From positions 1 to 64,000 of the forward strand of contig CAZBPC010000003.1 in assembly GCA_964493715.1 (NCBI GenBank): a stretch of DNA of 64,000 nt. The letters run 5' to 3'. Positions 59,550 to 64,000 of the stretch are shown piece by piece (within the stretch, counting starts at the first letter, position 1; every line of letters starts with the position of its first letter). Position numbers and translations under genes: made by a program. Under the pieces are notes generated by a model. It ran no database searches. It had not been told where the DNA came from and saw only the letters and a program-made list of their open reading frames with translations. The stretch comes from an uncultured archaeon (GTDB lineage Archaea; Asgardarchaeota; Lokiarchaeia; Sigyniarchaeales; SOKP01).

Positions 59550-60926
59550 ATGAAAGTTGCGTTTGGAAAGAAAACAATTACTCAATTAAATTTTATAGGC
59601 ATGTCATTAGCTGGTTATACTCGTAAAAAACCATGCTTAGGAAAATTAGATGATATTCATGTTCATGGTATCTTAATTGAAGAAAATCAAGATTATCTTT
59701 TAATGCTCTCATTTGATATGCTTAAGTTACCGCTAGCTATCGTAGAATATATGAAAACTAAAATTATTTCAATTTTCCCTTATATTAAAGCAGAGAATAT
59801 TCTTATTCATGCGACACACACTCATGCTTCTTTTGATCTTACTGGAGAATTTCATTGGCCTGGAGGAACTTTTAATGTATTAAGGGGAATAATGTTTGGA
59901 TCTAACAGAAATGATTTATACATTGTTTGGTTGGTTAAAAGAGTTATCCAACTACTTGAAAAATTATCAAAACAGTTAGAACCATGTAGGATTGCTTGGA
60001 AGAAAAAGCTATTTAATCCTGATATTGTTATCAATCGAAGGCATCCGACCAGGCAATCAAAACCTGAACTTGGAGTCATTGTTTTCAAGCATTTAAATAA
60101 AGATGAAATAATTGGAATAATTACAAATTACTCTTGTCATCCAACAACACTTTCATTTAAGAATTTTAAATTATCTGCCGATTTTCCAGGAAGATATGTT
60201 GAACGAATTGAACAATTAACTGAAAAAAGAACTAATGCAGTATACTTCAATGGTCCATCAGGAGATCTAAATCCAATTACTACAAGTGGAATTGATTATA
60301 AAGCTTTAGAAGAAGAAAAGTCGTTAATATACGATCAATTAGGCACATATGAAGATACTAAAAGAATTGGATATATTATTGCTGAAGAAGCATTAAAGTT
60401 AGCTAGTTCTATTCATAATAAGGATTATTCCGATTCTATCAGAATCGATGCGGAATTACATGAGTTTTGGGTTCCAATGAAAGATGCAAAATATTTCAAT
60501 AAAATTTGGTTCTCTAATAAGCTCTATTATTGTATTAAAAAATTATTTCTCCTTAAGATTGCTCGAATAAATCTTTTGAATGCTAATTTTCCATTTTTTA
60601 GTTTGAATAAAAAAGGAAGGAAAATTAAATGTAAAACAATTGTTCAACATTTTCAAATTACAACTGATGCTAAAAATGCTTCAAATAAGTTAGATCTAAT
60701 AACTGTGCCTGGAGAATTATTTGAAGATTTAGGAAATAAGATCCTTGAAGAATCATTGTTTGGAAGAAAAAATACTTTCATTTTTCAGAATTCTCAAGAT
60801 TGGATTGCTTATTTGTTTAGCATAAAAGAGTATGAAAATTTTGGAGGATATGAGCCATTTCCAACTTTCAGTCCATTTTCTGGTGAGATTGTATTAAATG
60901 AAGTATTAAAATTTTTTCATAAATAA
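59550..60926 (+). CDS. Neutral/alkaline ceramidase N-terminal-domain family hydrolase
   Basis: LAGY, HATHTHA, NYSCHPT, SADFPG, NGPSGD, VPGE. Confidence 0.8.
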   Translation: MKVAFGKKTITQLNFIGMSLAGYTRKKPCLGKLDDIHVHGILIEENQDYLLMLSFDMLKLPLAIVEYMKTKIISIFPYIKAENILIHATHTHASFDLTGEFHWPGGTFNVLRGIMFGSNRNDLYIVWLVKRVIQLLEKLSKQLEPCRIAWKKKLFNPDIVINRRHPTRQSKPELGVIVFKHLNKDEIIGIITNYSCHPTTLSFKNFKLSADFPGRYVERIEQLTEKRTNAVYFNGPSGDLNPITTSGIDYKALEEEKSLIYDQLGTYEDTKRIGYIIAEEALKLASSIHNKDYSDSIRIDAELHEFWVPMKDAKYFNKIWFSNKLYYCIKKLFLLKIARINLLNANFPFFSLNKKGRKIKCKTIVQHFQITTDAKNASNKLDLITVPGELFEDLGNKILEESLFGRKNTFIFQNSQDWIAYLFSIKEYENFGGYEPFPTFSPFSGEIVLNEVLKFFHK

Positions 60927-62098
60927 ATTAATTCTTCTGCCTTTTCCCAAGCATAATTATTGCTTTTTTCAATTACAAGATTAATATTTTGACCCTTTAG
61001 AACAGCTTTTTTAACTTGATCAATAACTTTTTTCTCTATAAACTCTAACTTAGATAAATATTGATTTTTTAATACTTTTTTATCAAGTTCTCTAATGAAA
61101 CGAGAATGTCGCATCCAATACCAATCTGAATTTTGGTTTTTATAAGGTCTGGATTTTAATACATTTTGATTATCAATGGGGAATATGTATGGTTTATATA
61201 AGCTTAAACATGGAAGTGTGCTCCCAGTAAACCAATGAATAGAGTTATTTCCTCCTCTTTTCAGTTCAGAAACTTGAGATCCCGTTGATTCCAATCCACC
61301 ATGCATACATATCCCAACATCATGTTCTCTTAAAAATCCCATCATCAATGATTGTTCGATTTTACCAATATTTTCTTTTAGTAATAATCTGGACTTCCCT
61401 CCACGTGAAAGTGGATTAAGAATATTAGATGGATGACTTCCTGAAAAAGTGGTAACAAAATCAAAATCATTATCATCTTTACAATACCCCATTTCAATCG
61501 CATGAGTGATAATCCCTTCACGTCTAAAATCTCCTTTTCCACGTATTGATATCCCATTTGAGATTGACCTTACATCAATAACTTTCTCAACCACCCACCA
61601 ATCATCAGCAGTTTCTAAAACATATGCCTCTTTAGAATCCGCGATAATAAAAGAATTATGATAAGTCCAGGTAGAATCTTCATAAGAACATTTACCTCCT
61701 TGATGATATTTTTCTAATAATTCTGTAATGATTTTAGTTGAATTAAATGCAGAATTACCTCGTTCTAATCCTAGGCGGAGGAGGTCCATCCCAAGTAAAC
61801 CTTCGTTTCTTAATGGCTCATGTGTATATACTGCTTCATTTCCTATAACTACACCATATTCATTTGCTCCCATTTCAGCACCCCACATCCAAAAAGGTTG
61901 ACTAAGAAGAACTGCTGCTGTTTCTTTTACTTGAGGTATTGATACATGGGTGCATTTAACCATATCTCCCTCAGGATAATGAGATTTAGGCATATAGGTG
62001 ATTAATTGTATTTCATTCCGGGGACGATCGCTATTTTTACCAAAAATTACATTTCCATTATCAGTACTATTTCCCAAAGCTATTAATGTGTCACACAT
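60917..62098 (-). CDS. Peptidase C69/secernin-like Ntn hydrolase
   Basis: MCDT (N-terminal Cys), GKNSDR, WGAEMGANEYGVVIGNEAV, GMDLLRLGLER. Confidence 0.92.
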   Translation of the reverse strand: MCDTLIALGNSTDNGNVIFGKNSDRPRNEIQLITYMPKSHYPEGDMVKCTHVSIPQVKETAAVLLSQPFWMWGAEMGANEYGVVIGNEAVYTHEPLRNEGLLGMDLLRLGLERGNSAFNSTKIITELLEKYHQGGKCSYEDSTWTYHNSFIIADSKEAYVLETADDWWVVEKVIDVRSISNGISIRGKGDFRREGIITHAIEMGYCKDDNDFDFVTTFSGSHPSNILNPLSRGGKSRLLLKENIGKIEQSLMMGFLREHDVGICMHGGLESTGSQVSELKRGGNNSIHWFTGSTLPCLSLYKPYIFPIDNQNVLKSRPYKNQNSDWYWMRHSRFIRELDKKVLKNQYLSKLEFIEKKVIDQVKKAVLKGQNINLVIEKSNNYAWEKAEELIYL

Positions 62099-62236
62099 CG
62101 CACTATTTTCTTGCTTTTATAATAATAAGAAATCATTCAAATACCATTATGCTAATATTAAAGTTCGGTTTGTAAACAATAAATAATATTTATGATTTTT
62201 AAATTAAATAATTAATAATATGTAATTATAAGAACC

Positions 62237-64000
62237 ATGCTAAACATTTGGATCTTAACATTTGAATTTGCGGGTGTTGCAAAATTTGGTGGATTGGGAG
62301 AAGTACCAGCAAACCAAGCAAAGCATCTCTCCGATACTCATAATATAACTGTTTTTATGCCCTCCCATGGACAAGTTGATAGATTAAAAGACAAATATGA
62401 GTGGACTAAATTACCAATATCTTGTGCAGGAGAGATTGATGGTATACAACTGGGATTAGAAGCACCAAAAATAGAATATGAAATTTCATTTTTTCAATTT
62501 AAAATTAGAGACATAAGAATAATTTTATTAAGTGGTGAAAATTCCGCAAGCAGATTTTTTCTTGATGATAAAACAATTTATGATCCTGATACAATAAAAG
62601 GAAAGATTTGTCTGTATTCACATGGAATGAAATGTTTTTCAAATTATATTTTAAATAATCAATTGAATAAAGATCTTCCAGATGTTTGTCATTTACATGA
62701 TTATCATGTTGTATTACCCTATATTGCTTTAAAACAAGAGTTTACAAAAAATAAGTTGGAAGTTTCTTCAATATTGACAATCCATCTATTAACGTGGCCT
62801 AGGTTTGGATTGGATTATTATAGTTCATGTGGTATTGATTCTTCTCTAATCAAAATACGAATGAAAAAAGGCTTTAAGTTATTGAAATTGGAGGATATCA
62901 TCGCGTTATGTTATAATGATCTAAATTGGAATCGACCACATGAGCCTCCTACAGTAGAAAAAGTTGGAGCCTTAACATGTGATATGGTCACTAGTGTAAG
63001 CCAGTCCTATTTAAATTCGGATATTATCCCCAATTGTGGGGGAGATTTAATAGACTTTAAAGCTGATTTTATATGGGATGGATGTGATTGGGAATATCAT
63101 GATATAGTTGTATCCGTGTTGAATAATATTGGCGAAGATTTACGTAACTTCTTAGAAATTGACTCAAAAGCTCCAATCTCGAAAAGTCATATTAAAAAAT
63201 ATTTATTACAATATAAAATTGGAAATTTAAGCCAGAGTCCATTAATAAGTTCCAAAAAGGTATTGGATACTATTAATGAAATTTCAAACGGAAATCCATT
63301 CATCAAGAATGGAACTATTAGACCCTTTATGGAATCTGGACCTTTATTGTTAACTACTGGGAGAATTTCTCCCCAAAAAGGATTTGAAACGATTTTTAAA
63401 TCGGTAGACTTGGTAACTAAAGAAATTCCCGATGCAAAATTTCTATTTTTAATTTTACCGACAGACTACAGTTTATCTGAAATAATTAGTTATGCTCAAT
63501 ATGTAAAAGATAATCCAAATAATTTAAGGATCATTTTTGGGGTTGCTTCTGATATTTTTTATTTAGCACATATCGCTGCTGATGTATATTGCGCTGTCTC
63601 ACGATGGGAACCATTTGGTATCATGGCTCTCGAAGCAATGGCATCAAAACTACCAGTAATCGCTTCAAAAGTTGGAGGATTGCAGGAAACAATTGTAGAT
63701 GTAAGAGATTTTCCGGAAATCGGAACAGGAATTTTAATTGAGAAAGACGATCATATCCAGTTGGCTCATGCTATTATTTCCCTCTTTAAATCTGCAGAAA
63801 TTGCCGAAAAAACTAATCAATTGAAGGCTAATACTATTTTCACGCCTGAACTCCTTAGATTAGCAAATCAAATTCCGGATGAAATAATAAAATCAAGGGT
63901 GTTAGTTAATCCAAGTTTTTATGATATTATCAGAGAAAATTGTTATAAAAGAGTAAAGGAAAATTTTACTTGGGAGATAGTTACTAAAAAATTAATATCT
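62237..64000 (+). CDS. glgA: Glycogen synthase (GT5/GT-B), running off the right edge of the window
   Basis: Manual translation: MLNIWILTFEFAGVAKFGGLGEV, HLHDYH, GRISPQKG, SRWEPFGIMALEAMA. Confidence 0.88.
   Translation, partial: MLNIWILTFEFAGVAKFGGLGEVPANQAKHLSDTHNITVFMPSHGQVDRLKDKYEWTKLPISCAGEIDGIQLGLEAPKIEYEISFFQFKIRDIRIILLSGENSASRFFLDDKTIYDPDTIKGKICLYSHGMKCFSNYILNNQLNKDLPDVCHLHDYHVVLPYIALKQEFTKNKLEVSSILTIHLLTWPRFGLDYYSSCGIDSSLIKIRMKKGFKLLKLEDIIALCYNDLNWNRPHEPPTVEKVGALTCDMVTSVSQSYLNSDIIPNCGGDLIDFKADFIWDGCDWEYHDIVVSVLNNIGEDLRNFLEIDSKAPISKSHIKKYLLQYKIGNLSQSPLISSKKVLDTINEISNGNPFIKNGTIRPFMESGPLLLTTGRISPQKGFETIFKSVDLVTKEIPDAKFLFLILPTDYSLSEIISYAQYVKDNPNNLRIIFGVASDIFYLAHIAADVYCAVSRWEPFGIMALEAMASKLPVIASKVGGLQETIVDVRDFPEIGTGILIEKDDHIQLAHAIISLFKSAEIAEKTNQLKANTIFTPELLRLANQIPDEIIKSRVLVNPSFYDIIRENCYKRVKENFTWEIVTKKLIS

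Noticed and set aside
3335-62186. Many short ORFs in the track that are antisense to or nested in real genes (e.g. 3335, 4342, 4863, 7955, 9064, 9931, 14016, 16740, 17963, 22894, 28201, 48600, 53144, 59852)
   Set aside because: They overlap well-supported genes and carry no recognisable motifs; treated as shadow ORFs.
1-64000. CRISPR arrays, transposases, integrases, rRNA/tRNA genes, inteins
   Set aside because: None recognised by eye; RFC and Rpo1N have no intein-sized insertions. A covariance-model scan would be needed to exclude small RNAs.

Overview
AT-rich, gene-dense archaeal chromosomal window, most consistent with an Asgard archaeon of the Lokiarchaeia type. That assignment is an inference from the split rpoA1/rpoA2, a histone, three Ras-superfamily small GTPases, a roadblock protein, an ESCRT-III Snf7 gene and a steadiness-box-like protein. 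Most of the window is core information-processing genes: aglB, truA, rfcS, eno, csl4-rpoL, tuf, aIF2alpha-nop10, PCNA-priL-priS-GINS, tfs, S27e/L44e, rpoA1-rpoA2-L30e-nusA-S12-S7 and pus10-L21e-rpoF-DUF655-rsmA-hemK. Metabolic genes include pyrB, ilvC, DHQ synthase II, queC/queD, GH57 and glgA. No rRNA, tRNA, CRISPR array or transposase was recognised by eye. Main observations: (1) a wHTH + ATP-cone + catalytically dead class III ribonucleotide-reductase protein, a candidate nucleotide-sensing regulator; (2) three genes (METTL5-like, L44e, radical SAM) with no in-frame ATG/GTG/TTG before their essential N-terminal motifs, each having an ATT codon 6 nt after a G-rich SD-like site; (3) an SDR-QueC fusion divergent from queD; (4) a Zn-finger/coiled-coil/PH-like/steadiness-box protein convergent with Snf7; (5) perfect palindromes upstream of the histone gene and a structured intergenic region after tuf. 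All calls come from visual motif recognition; no database searches were run.
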